A DNA stretch of 23,614 bases from an uncultured virus (IMG/VR IMGVR_UViG_3300005239_000257) (IMGVR_UViG_3300005239_000257), one strand, 5' to 3'; counted from the stretch's first letter, positions 1 through 9,421 are shown. Numbers and translations: made by a program. The notes: generated by a model not told the origin, from the letters alone.

Positions 1-3000
1 AAATATGGAAATAAAACTACTTTAATAGAACAAAGTTTACTTAAAACACCTCAAGGTAAAGAAACTTTTGATTTTACAAAATCTGAGTTTGGTGAATCTA
101 TAGGTGGATTAGTTGAAACAATAACTAAAAGACTTTATGATCCTGTTTTACCTGATTTAAAAAGAGCTACATCTAGAGATCAGTTTAAACAAGATTTAGT
201 TTCACAAGCAGCAACTATTATTTCAAATGAATTTGATCCAAACAAACAAGATCTTGGTAAATTTACCACAAATAGATTAAATCTAAGAGCTAATAGAATT
301 GCTTCAGAAACTTTTGAACAAAAAATAACAGATGATGTTACCGAAGCGAAAGCTGTGTCAACTGATGAAAAAGCTGCAGACGAAGTTACGAAAAGAAAAC
401 CAATAACTGAGGCATTAAATTTAAAAGAACTTAAAGAATCTGTTGATAAAAATGCAGAGCTTGGTATAGTTAAAATAGAAAATACTTTAGACAATAACGA
501 TTTATCTGATCTTAAAAAGATAAATGCAATTAGAAAAAGTATTGGTGGATTATTTGAAAAACAATATTTTAAAGAAATAGGTAAAGTATTAGGTAAAAAT
601 ACAAAAACATCTGATGATTTTTCTAAATATTTAAATAATAATTTTGAAACTTTATCATACGCAGCAACTAATAATATTGATTTTCAAAAAGGAAACAACA
701 TAGCTTCTGATTGGAATACAAATTTTCCAACAAAAGAAGAGTTTATTGATTACTACGAAGGCAAAGATATTTTGCCATCACAACCAAGAAGTGTAAAATC
801 TGATAGAAAAAAATCTTTAATTAACGCCGTTGCTAGGCAAATGGCTAATGATGGTTTAAATAGTTATGTTAAGAAAAATCCTAAAGTAGCTAAAATATTT
901 AAACAAAAATATAAAGTACCTTTAGCTAGTAAAAGCACTATTCCAAAAAATGCAATACAAATAGCTGAAAACCTTCCTGGTTATGGATTAAGTAAAAATC
1001 CAAGAACACCAGCTGCTGGAGTTGCTAATGCTATACTTAAAAAAGTTGGTGGAGAATTAGATTTCAGCAGTGATGATATGCAGAAAAATCAAGATAATAT
1101 TAATTCATTTTGGAATATACTTGATTCTGCAGTTGCAAAAAATCCAAGCATTTTTCCTAAAGAAATATTTGGTATAAAAGGAATTTTTAGACCTAGCGGT
1201 AGAATATTTGGCACAAAAAGAGGTTCAAGTAAAGCTAGAGCAAATGATAAATCTGGAAAACTTACTGAAGAATATAACATACTTAATAATTTAAACGAAA
1301 AAAGATTTTCAGATTTTCAAAAAAAATATAAAGGTAAAATGGGATCTTTAGTTAATGATGCTAAGGGATGGAAAGGCAGTTCTTATTCTACTGTTTTTGG
1401 TAAAAAAGGAATAGTTACTGAACAAAGTATAAAAAAAGCTATAAAAGAAGGTAAAGCTGATGATTTTAATAAGAAAAACACAGCAATGCATCGACAAGTT
1501 TGGAGTTTAATGTTTGATCAGATAAAAATAGATCCTAATTTTGCTAAAATTGTAGATAAAATAACAAACACGGCTGATGCTACTAATAATTGGCATAGAT
1601 TTGGAGCAGAGTTTGTTGCTTATTCTATAAATCCTAAAGGTAGTAATAAAAAATTATATGAATGGGAGCATGCTATGCAAGCTAATACAGCTAAATTATT
1701 TTTATTAGACGCTGCTGTAAAAAAAATACCTTTTAATGAAATATATAATGCTGTTTCTAAAAATTATAAACTTATAGCATTAGACAAAGCTTCTGATTTA
1801 ATTTTAGGAAAAGCAAACAGAGGTAATTCTATGGGTGATAATTGGAATATGTTTACTGATAGTTATTTAAGTAGATATTTTTCACCAGAAGTAGTATTAC
1901 AAGGTGGTATTGATCCTAAAACTATTATTGGCTTAAATGGAGAAAGTTTAGCTACAATGTATAATATAGATTCAGCTGGGCAACCCGTTATAAAACCTAA
2001 AATTTTATCTTCTAAAAGTAGAACATTTTATGAAGATGGAGATGGTGTATCTGAAATTGAAGCGCCTTTAAGCAGAGAGTTTAATAAAATGTTAGAAAAA
2101 ACAAAAGGCGTTAAAGCTGGTGCTGTTTATTCTGATGCTAGAGCCGCTAAGATGGGTACTAAAAAAGGTTTTCAAGCTTTTGTACCTTATTCAGCTGAAG
2201 ACTTTTTAGGTTTAATATATCCTACATTAGGTAAAGGTGAGCAAGGTAATAAAGATCTTAAATGGTGGAAAGACAATGTAATGACACCTTATAATGATGG
2301 CATGACTAACTTTGAATCAGCTAAACAAGCTGCAATGATAGAGTGGAATCAAATAAAAGATCAAATACAAAACACACCAACTAATTTAGGTAAAGAAGCT
2401 GTACGTGACTTTTCTAATGAAGATGCTATACGAGTATATTTATGGGATCAAAAAGGTGTTGTGCCCGATGGTTTGTCTAAAAAAGATATATCAGCTTTAA
2501 CTAAACATGTAAAAGCTAATCCTGAATTACAAGATTTTGCTAATCAAGTAGCTGGTTTAAATATAAACGGTTATCCTGATCCTACAAAAGGATGGTTAGC
2601 TGGTACTATTACAACAGATCTAGTTAATCATGTAAATACATCAACAAGATCTGAAATGCTTGAGCCTTGGCAGCGAGCTATAGATGAAATATATACTAAA
2701 GATAATAAAAATAAACTTAGAGCTACATATGGTGATAAATACATAGAAGCTTTAGATGATATTTTATATCGAATGAAAACTGGTAGAAACAGACCTACTG
2801 GGGCTAATAGAATAACAAATAATTGGTTAAACTGGGTTAATGACTCTGTTGGTACGATTATGTTCTTTAACCAAAGATCTGCTATACTACAAACTATATC
2901 GTCTATAAACTTTATAAACTGGTCAGATAATAATCCAATAGCAGCGGCTAAAGCTTTTGCTAATCAAAAACAATACTGGTCAGATTTTGCAGAGTTATTT

Positions 3001-4395
3001 AATTCTGATTTTCTTAAACAAAGAAGATCTGGTCTTAAAACAGATGTAAACTCAGATGAGATAGCTCAACAAGCTGCTGGTTCTACTAATAAAGTAAGAG
3101 CTGGTCTTTCTTTGTTACTTAAAAAAGGATTTTTACCTACGCAAATAGCAGATAGTTTTGCTATTGCTTCAGGTGGATCTACTTTTTATAGAAACAGAAT
3201 TAATTCATTGATGAAAGAAGGAATGAGTGAGTCTGATGCTAAAAAACAAGCTTTTTCAGATTTTAGAGATTCTGCAAATGAATCTCAACAATCATCTGAT
3301 CCATCAAGAATTAGTATGGAACAAGCAAGCTCATTAGGGCGCGTTATATTAGCTTTTGCAAACACTCCGATACAATATACTAGATTAACTAAAAGAGCCG
3401 TTCAGGATCTTATGGCTGGTCGAGGAGACTGGAAAACCAATGTATCTAAGATAGTATATTATGGTGCTGTGCAAAATATTATATTTACAGCTTTACAACA
3501 AGCTATGTTTGGTATGTTATTTGCAGATGACGATGATGAATTTCAAAATGAAAGGAAAGATAATGCTACATTTAATATAGCTAATAGTACAGCAGACACT
3601 TTTTTAAGAGGTTCTGGTGTTGCCGGAGCTTTTGTTGCTATGCTTAAAAATATGGCATTAGAAGTTAAAAGACAAAGTGAAAAGTCAAGATCTGATTATA
3701 CTAAAGTAGCAGATAAGCTATTTACTGTTTCACCGCCTATAGATTCTAAGTTTAGAAAACTTAAAGCTGCAGGTAGAGCTTTTACTTATAAACAAGAGCT
3801 TGAAAAAATGAGAACAAGAGGTGTTGCATTAGATAATCCTGGCCTTATGGCTATTGCTCAAACAATATCTGCTTTTGGTAATATTCCAGCAGATAGAGTT
3901 CTACGTAAGTTAAATAACATAGTTGAATCTACAAATGACGAAAATGCAATTTGGCAGCGTATTGCTTTAGCAATGGGTTGGGGTCAATGGGAACTTGGTA
4001 TTGAAGATAGAAAAACGCGTGAAGCTAAAATAGAAAGAGATGCTTTTAAAAGAGTTGAAAAATCTATTGGTAAAGTTGTTAAAAAACGTGAAAAAGATGC
4101 TAAGAAAAAAAGTCCTATTAAAGATTTAGCACCAGGAGTTTTAGGTGAAGCTAACAGAGATGGTAGCATTGTTGTAGCTAAAGGACTTTCAAAAAAGAAA
4201 CGTGAAGAAGTTATTAAACATGAAAAAGTTCATCAAAAAGAAATGAAATCTGGTAAACTTGATTATGATGATAACTTTGTTTATTACGGTAAAAAAAAAT
4301 ATGAAAGAAAAAACGGCAAAATAATGCACAATGGTAAAGCTAAGATTGAAGGAGATCACAGTTTACCTTGGGAAAAAGTTGCACATAACGCTTAA
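1..4395 (+). CDS. Giant multidomain (polyvalent / internal virion-type) protein, 5'-truncated; sigma region-2-like segment, possible His-Me/HNH-like segment, long helical region and C-terminal HExxH metallopeptidase domain
   Basis: Frame +1 is open from base 1 (KYGNKTTLIEQ...) into the called ORF at 355, so the true start lies upstream of the window. HEKVH at 4219-4233 followed by PWEKVA fits a zincin-like motif. The virion role is inferred from size, strand and position. Confidence 0.75.
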   Translation, partial: KYGNKTTLIEQSLLKTPQGKETFDFTKSEFGESIGGLVETITKRLYDPVLPDLKRATSRDQFKQDLVSQAATIISNEFDPNKQDLGKFTTNRLNLRANRIASETFEQKITDDVTEAKAVSTDEKAADEVTKRKPITEALNLKELKESVDKNAELGIVKIENTLDNNDLSDLKKINAIRKSIGGLFEKQYFKEIGKVLGKNTKTSDDFSKYLNNNFETLSYAATNNIDFQKGNNIASDWNTNFPTKEEFIDYYEGKDILPSQPRSVKSDRKKSLINAVARQMANDGLNSYVKKNPKVAKIFKQKYKVPLASKSTIPKNAIQIAENLPGYGLSKNPRTPAAGVANAILKKVGGELDFSSDDMQKNQDNINSFWNILDSAVAKNPSIFPKEIFGIKGIFRPSGRIFGTKRGSSKARANDKSGKLTEEYNILNNLNEKRFSDFQKKYKGKMGSLVNDAKGWKGSSYSTVFGKKGIVTEQSIKKAIKEGKADDFNKKNTAMHRQVWSLMFDQIKIDPNFAKIVDKITNTADATNNWHRFGAEFVAYSINPKGSNKKLYEWEHAMQANTAKLFLLDAAVKKIPFNEIYNAVSKNYKLIALDKASDLILGKANRGNSMGDNWNMFTDSYLSRYFSPEVVLQGGIDPKTIIGLNGESLATMYNIDSAGQPVIKPKILSSKSRTFYEDGDGVSEIEAPLSREFNKMLEKTKGVKAGAVYSDARAAKMGTKKGFQAFVPYSAEDFLGLIYPTLGKGEQGNKDLKWWKDNVMTPYNDGMTNFESAKQAAMIEWNQIKDQIQNTPTNLGKEAVRDFSNEDAIRVYLWDQKGVVPDGLSKKDISALTKHVKANPELQDFANQVAGLNINGYPDPTKGWLAGTITTDLVNHVNTSTRSEMLEPWQRAIDEIYTKDNKNKLRATYGDKYIEALDDILYRMKTGRNRPTGANRITNNWLNWVNDSVGTIMFFNQRSAILQTISSINFINWSDNNPIAAAKAFANQKQYWSDFAELFNSDFLKQRRSGLKTDVNSDEIAQQAAGSTNKVRAGLSLLLKKGFLPTQIADSFAIASGGSTFYRNRINSLMKEGMSESDAKKQAFSDFRDSANESQQSSDPSRISMEQASSLGRVILAFANTPIQYTRLTKRAVQDLMAGRGDWKTNVSKIVYYGAVQNIIFTALQQAMFGMLFADDDDEFQNERKDNATFNIANSTADTFLRGSGVAGAFVAMLKNMALEVKRQSEKSRSDYTKVADKLFTVSPPIDSKFRKLKAAGRAFTYKQELEKMRTRGVALDNPGLMAIAQTISAFGNIPADRVLRKLNNIVESTNDENAIWQRIALAMGWGQWELGIEDRKTREAKIERDAFKRVEKSIGKVVKKREKDAKKKSPIKDLAPGVLGEANRDGSIVVAKGLSKKKREEVIKHEKVHQKEMKSGKLDYDDNFVYYGKKKYERKNGKIMHNGKAKIEGDHSLPWEKVAHNA

Positions 4396-4404
4396 ATAAT
4401 AAAT

Positions 4405-4590
4405 ATGCTTAAAAACACTGAAAAGTACGAAAGAAAAACGCCTCAAGGCTCAACAGCTATAAATCAAGCAATGCAAGAGCAAAAAAATTCTAAAGAAGAT
4501 GCTTTAGTTGCTAAAACTAAAATGATATATAGAGATGTAGAACCTTCAAATGATAATTCTCATTTAAACAGGCTTTTATATCCGCCTTAA
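4405..4590 (+). CDS. Hypothetical protein (61 aa)
   Basis: ATG 9 nt after the giant-protein stop, with an AT-rich leader; ends just before the terminator. Confidence 0.6.
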   Translation: MLKNTEKYERKTPQGSTAINQAMQEQKNSKEDALVAKTKMIYRDVEPSNDNSHLNRLLYPP

Positions 4591-4609
4591 AGGCAGAAGA
4601 GCATAAATA

Positions 4610-4648
4610 AAAAAAAGGGGAGCAAACCATTACGGCAAGCTCCCCTTT
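4610..4648. terminator. Bidirectional intrinsic terminator between convergent modules
   Basis: AAAGGGGAGC (4614-4623) pairs with GCTCCCCTTT (4639-4648). The left A-run gives a U-tract on the minus strand, and TTT follows the GC stem on the plus strand. Confidence 0.85.
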
Positions 4649-4662
4649 AATTGTTTATAATA

Positions 4663-4887
4663 TTAACCTAATATTAATCCGATTATAATACCAGCTATAG
4701 GACCTAATACTGCCCACAGTTCTAATATTCTAATCTTCTTTAACTCTGCATTTGTAAAAACATTATCAGACGTATCTAATATAACATTACCAGCTTTTTG
4801 TTTAAGCTCTTCTGTTTTCTGTTTTAACTCTTCTTCTAATTGTTTAATTTGTTTTTTTGCATCCGCAAAAGTAAATTTACTAGCCAT
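4663..4887 (-). CDS. Small protein with N-terminal coiled coil and C-terminal transmembrane helix
   Basis: KQIKQLEEELKQK heptads; C-terminal LWAVLGPIAGIIIGLILG hydrophobic segment. Confidence 0.7.
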   Translation of the reverse strand: MASKFTFADAKKQIKQLEEELKQKTEELKQKAGNVILDTSDNVFTNAELKKIRILELWAVLGPIAGIIIGLILG

Positions 4888-4908
4888 TGTTTTAGTTTTA
4901 ATTATTAA

Positions 4909-6651
4909 TTATCCATCACAGGATATACAGTTTGGATCCATAGCTTTAGCAGCTATATCACCTCTTAGAACTGATTCAGTTCTCATGTAATAAAGAGTTT
5001 TTATACCCCTTTTCCAAGCTTCAAAATGGACTTTATTAACCCATCTTGGCTCAGCCTCCGCCGGGAATGCTAGATTTAATGACACTGATTGATCAATATA
5101 ATCTTGACGTATTCCAGCTTGTCCAACTAACTCCAGTTGGTTTATCTCCTTAAACGTTTTATAAACGTTCTTGACAGACTCGCCTTCTTCTTGAGTTAGT
5201 CGTCCGAGGTGGTCGTAAAACCATCCATCGAGTTCTTTAATTCCTTGAATGGATCCACCATCTTCCAGAATTTTATCCCAAGTTTCCTTGGTATCAATAC
5301 CAACTTTCCTAAGTACTTTCTTAAGTTCATTATTTTTCCTTATAAATGTTCCTTTAGCTGATTGTTCTGTAAAAACATTAGCTGCCCAAGGCTCTATGCC
5401 GGGCGATATGTTACCACTTAGCTTACTATTTGAAACAGTAGGTGCTACAGATCTTAAATGTGTATTCCTAAAACCTGTACCTACACACCACAATGGTTCA
5501 CCATATATTTCAGCAAGCTTACGTGATGCTCTTTCGCTTTCAATTTTAATTTTACTAAATATCTCTCTAGTTTTAAACTGAGCTAAAAGCCCTTCAAAAG
5601 CTATTCCCTTCTTCTGTAACAGCGTATGCCAGCCTAATACACCTAAACCTATGGCTCGGCCTTTTTCTGCTGATCTAATAGCGTTTTCAAAGCCTTTCAT
5701 ATTCTTGGCCTTTTGTATAAACTCTTCCATCACACCATCTAAAAACCACGTAGCATCATAAATAAGATTAGTATTTTTCCACTCATCATATTTAGCTAGG
5801 TTTAAAGAAGACAAACAACATACAAAGCTATGACTTTCATCTGTGTGTAATGTAATCTCACTACAGATATTAGTCATATGTACTTTTAAGCTATTGCTTT
5901 TGTAAGCATCTGGATTAGCTTTGTTCGTATTACCTTTAAAGAGGATATACGGCTCGCCAGTAGCTTTACGTTTTTGGAGGAGTTTACTCCATCTTGTCCT
6001 TGCTTCTTGATCTCCGCTTTCGAGCTTTCGCATAAACTTATCGCCAACGACAGCACACTGATGTAAGTTAAGAGATTGCCTGTTGACGTCGCCTTTAGGT
6101 TCTCTGATCTCCAACCATTCATCAAAATCAGCGTGTTCGATATTGAGATTAACGGATGCAGCTCCTCTACGTACTGATCCTTGATTGGTCGCGAGTATAG
6201 TTGAGTCATAGATCTTGCAAAAAGGGACAACTCCATCTGATGTTCCATTACCTGTAATTTTAGCTCCGGCAGGGCGTATCATATTGATGCCTATACCTAC
6301 TCCGCCGCCGTGTTTAGCAAGTAGCATCATTTCTAAATTCTTATTACCTATATCATTTATGCTATCAGCAACATCAATACCAAAACAAGAGATAGGTAAA
6401 CCTCTGTCTGTACCTGTATTAGATAACACGGGTGATGCTAAACATAACCAACCTTTCCATATGTATTCAAAAAACTGTTCTGCTAGTTCTGGTTTATATA
6501 AACGTCTAGCTATAGCATTTGAAACTCTTAAGTAAGCATCTTTAGGTGATTCACCCATTAACAAATATCCACCAACTATAGTTTTTCTATATACGTCAGT
6601 GTCACCCCAACTAGGGTAGTCTATACCTTTTTTCCACTCGTTGTTCCACAT
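4909..6651 (-). CDS. nrdA: Ribonucleotide reductase class I alpha subunit (short form, no ATP cone evident)
   Basis: ASPVLSN, PISCF, GGGVG, NQGSVRRGA, TNICSEI catalytic loop, APTVSNS, DQSVSLN, KTLYY tyrosine pair and C-terminal CISC. Confidence 0.97.
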   Translation of the reverse strand: MWNNEWKKGIDYPSWGDTDVYRKTIVGGYLLMGESPKDAYLRVSNAIARRLYKPELAEQFFEYIWKGWLCLASPVLSNTGTDRGLPISCFGIDVADSINDIGNKNLEMMLLAKHGGGVGIGINMIRPAGAKITGNGTSDGVVPFCKIYDSTILATNQGSVRRGAASVNLNIEHADFDEWLEIREPKGDVNRQSLNLHQCAVVGDKFMRKLESGDQEARTRWSKLLQKRKATGEPYILFKGNTNKANPDAYKSNSLKVHMTNICSEITLHTDESHSFVCCLSSLNLAKYDEWKNTNLIYDATWFLDGVMEEFIQKAKNMKGFENAIRSAEKGRAIGLGVLGWHTLLQKKGIAFEGLLAQFKTREIFSKIKIESERASRKLAEIYGEPLWCVGTGFRNTHLRSVAPTVSNSKLSGNISPGIEPWAANVFTEQSAKGTFIRKNNELKKVLRKVGIDTKETWDKILEDGGSIQGIKELDGWFYDHLGRLTQEEGESVKNVYKTFKEINQLELVGQAGIRQDYIDQSVSLNLAFPAEAEPRWVNKVHFEAWKRGIKTLYYMRTESVLRGDIAAKAMDPNCISCDG

Positions 6652-6775
6652 TATTATTTTTTTTAACTTGTTTTAAAGCATCTTGTAAATGCATTTTTTC
6701 CCAGTGCATCCTATACTGATAACCACCTGGGAAAGTAGCATCACATTGACTACATTTTATAATATCTTTAGCCAC
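6611..6775 (-). CDS. C2H2 zinc-finger microprotein (54 aa, GTG start; not in the ORF track)
   Basis: Manual translation: MAKDIIKCSQCDATFPGGYQYRMHWEKMHLQDALKQVKKNNNVEQRVEKGYRLP. Contains C-x2-C-x3-F-x8-H-x4-H, fills the gap and overlaps both neighbouring genes. Confidence 0.75.
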   Translation of the reverse strand: MAKDIIKCSQCDATFPGGYQYRMHWEKMHLQDALKQVKKNNNVEQRVEKRYRLP

Positions 6776-7034
6776 TGTATAAGTAAATTAAATAACCTAC
6801 AATAACATTTACATTAACAGCAACTAAATTCCATTGTTTAGCTAACCAGACTTGAGGCGTACACACTACGCCGCCTATTATGTAAGTAACAGCACCTATT
6901 TCTCCATAAGGTAATAAATAAGGACTGATCATTATAAATGCAGTTCCAAAATAACCTAGTCTATTAGCTAGTCTTTCTTTAGCAGATAGCTTCCTGTTTT
7001 TTACTAAAGATTTAAGAAACTTTTTCATTACCAA
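6768..7034 (-). CDS. Small membrane protein (about 3 TM helices)
   Basis: Basic N-terminus followed by three hydrophobic segments; likely starts at MKKF, coupled to the nrdB stop. Confidence 0.7.
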   Translation of the reverse strand: MVMKKFLKSLVKNRKLSAKERLANRLGYFGTAFIMISPYLLPYGEIGAVTYIIGGVVCTPQVWLAKQWNLVAVNVNVIVGYLIYLYSG

Positions 7035-7996
7035 ATATCTTCAAAATCTTCACCTTCATTTGCTTTAGAGTAATCCGTCGGACGTACAGCAAAAAAGTCA
7101 GTATGAGTGTGGCCACCAGTGAGATGGTAAAACCAATCGAGTCTGCTTGATGCTTTGTCATCGAAACTAAAGTACTGCCCGAGGTGCTTGTAACCAAGTT
7201 CAACGAGCTTTTCATTGAGTCTTTTTCTAATGAATTGTTTAAGATCGTTGGCTTTAAGATTTTCAATATCTCCTTGTTCGAACATTTTATCAATGTATCG
7301 CTCTTCTGCTTTAAGCATTGCTTCTGCTGCATTTATAACGTCTTTTTTACAATCTTCTAGTAACTTATTATCTTCTTGACACATATGTCTAAACAACTGA
7401 CAACCCATTTTACTGTGTAATGATTCATCACGAACAGACCATTTCATTTGTTGACCTATTCCTTTGAGAAGATTACGAAGCTGGAAGCTATAAAGAACAG
7501 CAAAAGCAGAATAAAGACTAACTCCTTCTGCAAATGCACTAAATATTGCAAGGCTTGTTGCAATTCCAACGCGTTTGTTTCCACCATAACTAACTAAATT
7601 ATTAAATCGTTCCATTGTAGCTTCGTCTTGCAAAAAAGCTTCAAAATTTTCTAGGCCTAGTGTTTCATTAAGATAACTATATGCTACAGCGTGTATAGTT
7701 TCTTGACTACCAAACATCATAGCCATTTGTTTTATTTCATGCTTAGGAAACCACGATACAACTTTTTGGGTCCAATAATCAGATACCGCACATTCTGTTT
7801 GCGCAAATCCCAAAAGTATATTTCCAACCAGGTTCTTCTCTGCTTTGGTAAGTTTCTCATTCCAATCTTTGACGTCACCTGACATTGGTATCTCGGTATG
7901 AAGCCAAAACGCTTGAGCTTGTTTGAGCCATCCCTCAGTATAGTATTCTGGATAATCAAACGGTTTGTATGCAATCCTTTCATCGAATAATCCCAT
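7028..7996 (-). CDS. nrdB: Ribonucleotide reductase class I beta subunit
   Basis: Ferritin-like di-metal motifs ETIHAVAY (with radical Tyr), AEGVSLYSAF, RDESLH; C-terminal TDFF...Y. Confidence 0.96.
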   Translation of the reverse strand: MGLFDERIAYKPFDYPEYYTEGWLKQAQAFWLHTEIPMSGDVKDWNEKLTKAEKNLVGNILLGFAQTECAVSDYWTQKVVSWFPKHEIKQMAMMFGSQETIHAVAYSYLNETLGLENFEAFLQDEATMERFNNLVSYGGNKRVGIATSLAIFSAFAEGVSLYSAFAVLYSFQLRNLLKGIGQQMKWSVRDESLHSKMGCQLFRHMCQEDNKLLEDCKKDVINAAEAMLKAEERYIDKMFEQGDIENLKANDLKQFIRKRLNEKLVELGYKHLGQYFSFDDKASSRLDWFYHLTGGHTHTDFFAVRPTDYSKANEGEDFEDIW

Positions 7997-8293
7997 TTAT
8001 TGTTTTTCTTTTATGTTATACATTTGTAATTGTTTTTTAACTTGTTTTCTTACAGTTCTTTTAATCTGTTTTCTTTTTCCATCAAATAAATATTGTCTAT
8101 ATGTAAGTCTAACTTGAGGATTAAAACTATTTAAACCTTGTAAGTTTTCAAAATCATATCCTATTGATTTAAAATCTACACTACCATATTCATTTAAAGG
8201 CACATCATAATTTGTTCTTGCCTCTAAAAAAAACTGACTACCACCGCAAGAATTTAAAACTATAATAAACATTACATATATTATATTTTTCAT
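7997..8293 (-). CDS. Putative lipoprotein
   Basis: MKN plus hydrophobic stretch plus lipobox-like VLNS-C. Confidence 0.6.
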   Translation of the reverse strand: MKNIIYVMFIIVLNSCGGSQFFLEARTNYDVPLNEYGSVDFKSIGYDFENLQGLNSFNPQVRLTYRQYLFDGKRKQIKRTVRKQVKKQLQMYNIKEKQ

Positions 8294-8508
8294 ACCTCTA
8301 GTTTTTTATCTTCTTGTTCTTTTTTTCTTTCTTCAAACATTTTAGTTAATTCTTTTAATGCTTTTTTATAACCTGGTAAAAGCTTAACTAGCTCAGTTGT
8401 ACCAACTGATATATCTTTCATTGTATTTAGCTCTTGGATAATTCTATTTAATACGTTACCCATTGTGTCTATCTTGTTAGACATTTCTATTAATTTATTC
8501 TCTTTCAT
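8290..8508 (-). CDS. Hypothetical helical protein
   Basis: ATGA overlaps with both neighbours. Confidence 0.7.
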   Translation of the reverse strand: MKENKLIEMSNKIDTMGNVLNRIIQELNTMKDISVGTTELVKLLPGYKKALKELTKMFEERKKEQEDKKLEV

Positions 8509-8654
8509 ATAAATAATTTTTTACCTAATATTAAAGGACTGGCATCTTTATTATGATTAATTTCATAATGATTATCAAACTCTTTAATAAGCACAGGTTT
8601 GTTTTTAAATCTTATTGGATATTTATTTAATACATACTCTTCTATCTTATTCAT
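8505..8654 (-). CDS. Hypothetical protein (49 aa, MNKIEEYVLNKYP...)
   Basis: Manual translation; stop overlaps the next ATG. Confidence 0.6.
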   Translation of the reverse strand: MNKIEEYVLNKYPIRFKNKPVLIKEFDNHYEINHNKDASPLILGKKLFI

Positions 8655-8784
8655 AATAAAATGTTATACATAATTCCACAAAAGGTAAATAAAATACATG
8701 TTCTACAAATGTTGGCTCTGGATAACTTCTCATACCTACAAGAACTCCAGGATAAAAACCAGTACTAATTTCCCATCCGGTCAT
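8647..8784 (-). CDS. Hypothetical protein (45 aa, MTGWEISTGFYPG...)
   Basis: Manual translation; fills the gap and overlaps its neighbours. Confidence 0.6.
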   Translation of the reverse strand: MTGWEISTGFYPGVLVGMRSYPEPTFVEHVFYLPFVELCITFYYE

Positions 8785-8869
8785 TTTTTTCTTCTTTTAA
8801 ATAATAATTTAACATAGTCATATGATATTTTATACGTTCAGCATAATGATCATGTAATGAAAAATCCAT
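8765..8869 (-). CDS. Hypothetical protein (34 aa, MDFSLHDHYAER...)
   Basis: Manual translation; fills the gap between coupled ORFs. Confidence 0.4.
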   Translation of the reverse strand: MDFSLHDHYAERIKYHMTMLNYYLKEEKNDRMGN

Positions 8870-8972
8870 GTTTTCTTCCGATTGATTCAATGTCAGCGTA
8901 TCTAATTGCTCCATGTGTTGATTTTATATAGTTATTAATATCTTTTTGTAACACTCTACGAGAATACATCAT
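8850..8972 (-). CDS. Hypothetical protein (40 aa, MMYSRRVLQK...)
   Basis: 3' part of track ORF 8850..9077; ATG overlaps the endonuclease stop (ATGA). Confidence 0.5.
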   Translation of the reverse strand: MMYSRRVLQKDINNYIKSTHGAIRYADIESIGRKHGFFIT

Positions 8973-9421
8973 CCTCGCTTCTTTCTTCTTTCTTTGATCA
9001 GAATCATCGTGTGGTCTACCTCCTTCTGGTTTTGCGGCTTGTAAAGCGTCTTTCCAATCTTGTTTTTCGTGAGCCATAGTTTAAATAGTTTCCATCTTAT
9101 AGGGAAAGACTCATTAGCCCTTCCCTTACATTCAATTATATAGTCTTTTCCAACAAAGTCAGGTGTATACTTAATTCCCAGTATTTTCTTTTGCCCTCTG
9201 TTAGTATATTCACCTTTTCCGTTTGCTTGTTTTTCAAAAGATTCATTGTTAAAATTAAATCCTTCGATAAGCTGGAAAACTTCATTTTCATATCCTTCAA
9301 ATAGTTTGTTTTTTTTAAGAGCCATATACGTATATCGCTCTAAACCTGATGCAAAATTAATGCCGTCATAAGTAATTTTCTTAGACTGTACTGGACCTTT
9401 TTTTCTAGATCTTTTTTTCAT
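8969..9421 (-). CDS. PD-(D/E)XK endonuclease, T7 endonuclease I / DUF1064-like (possible resolvase)
   Basis: DGINFASGLE, YTPDF and IIECKG motifs. Confidence 0.8.
   Translation of the reverse strand: MKKRSRKKGPVQSKKITYDGINFASGLERYTYMALKKNKLFEGYENEVFQLIEGFNFNNESFEKQANGKGEYTNRGQKKILGIKYTPDFVGKDYIIECKGRANESFPIRWKLFKLWLTKNKIGKTLYKPQNQKEVDHTMILIKERRKKRG

Noticed and set aside
355..357. GTG start of the giant ORF at 355
   Set aside because: The frame is open back to base 1, so the gene is truncated by the window edge.
1..4395. Giant protein as a crAss-like or N4-like virion RNA polymerase
   Set aside because: I saw no DFDID/DxDGD-type catalytic motif in the visible part; it cannot be excluded for the upstream portion.
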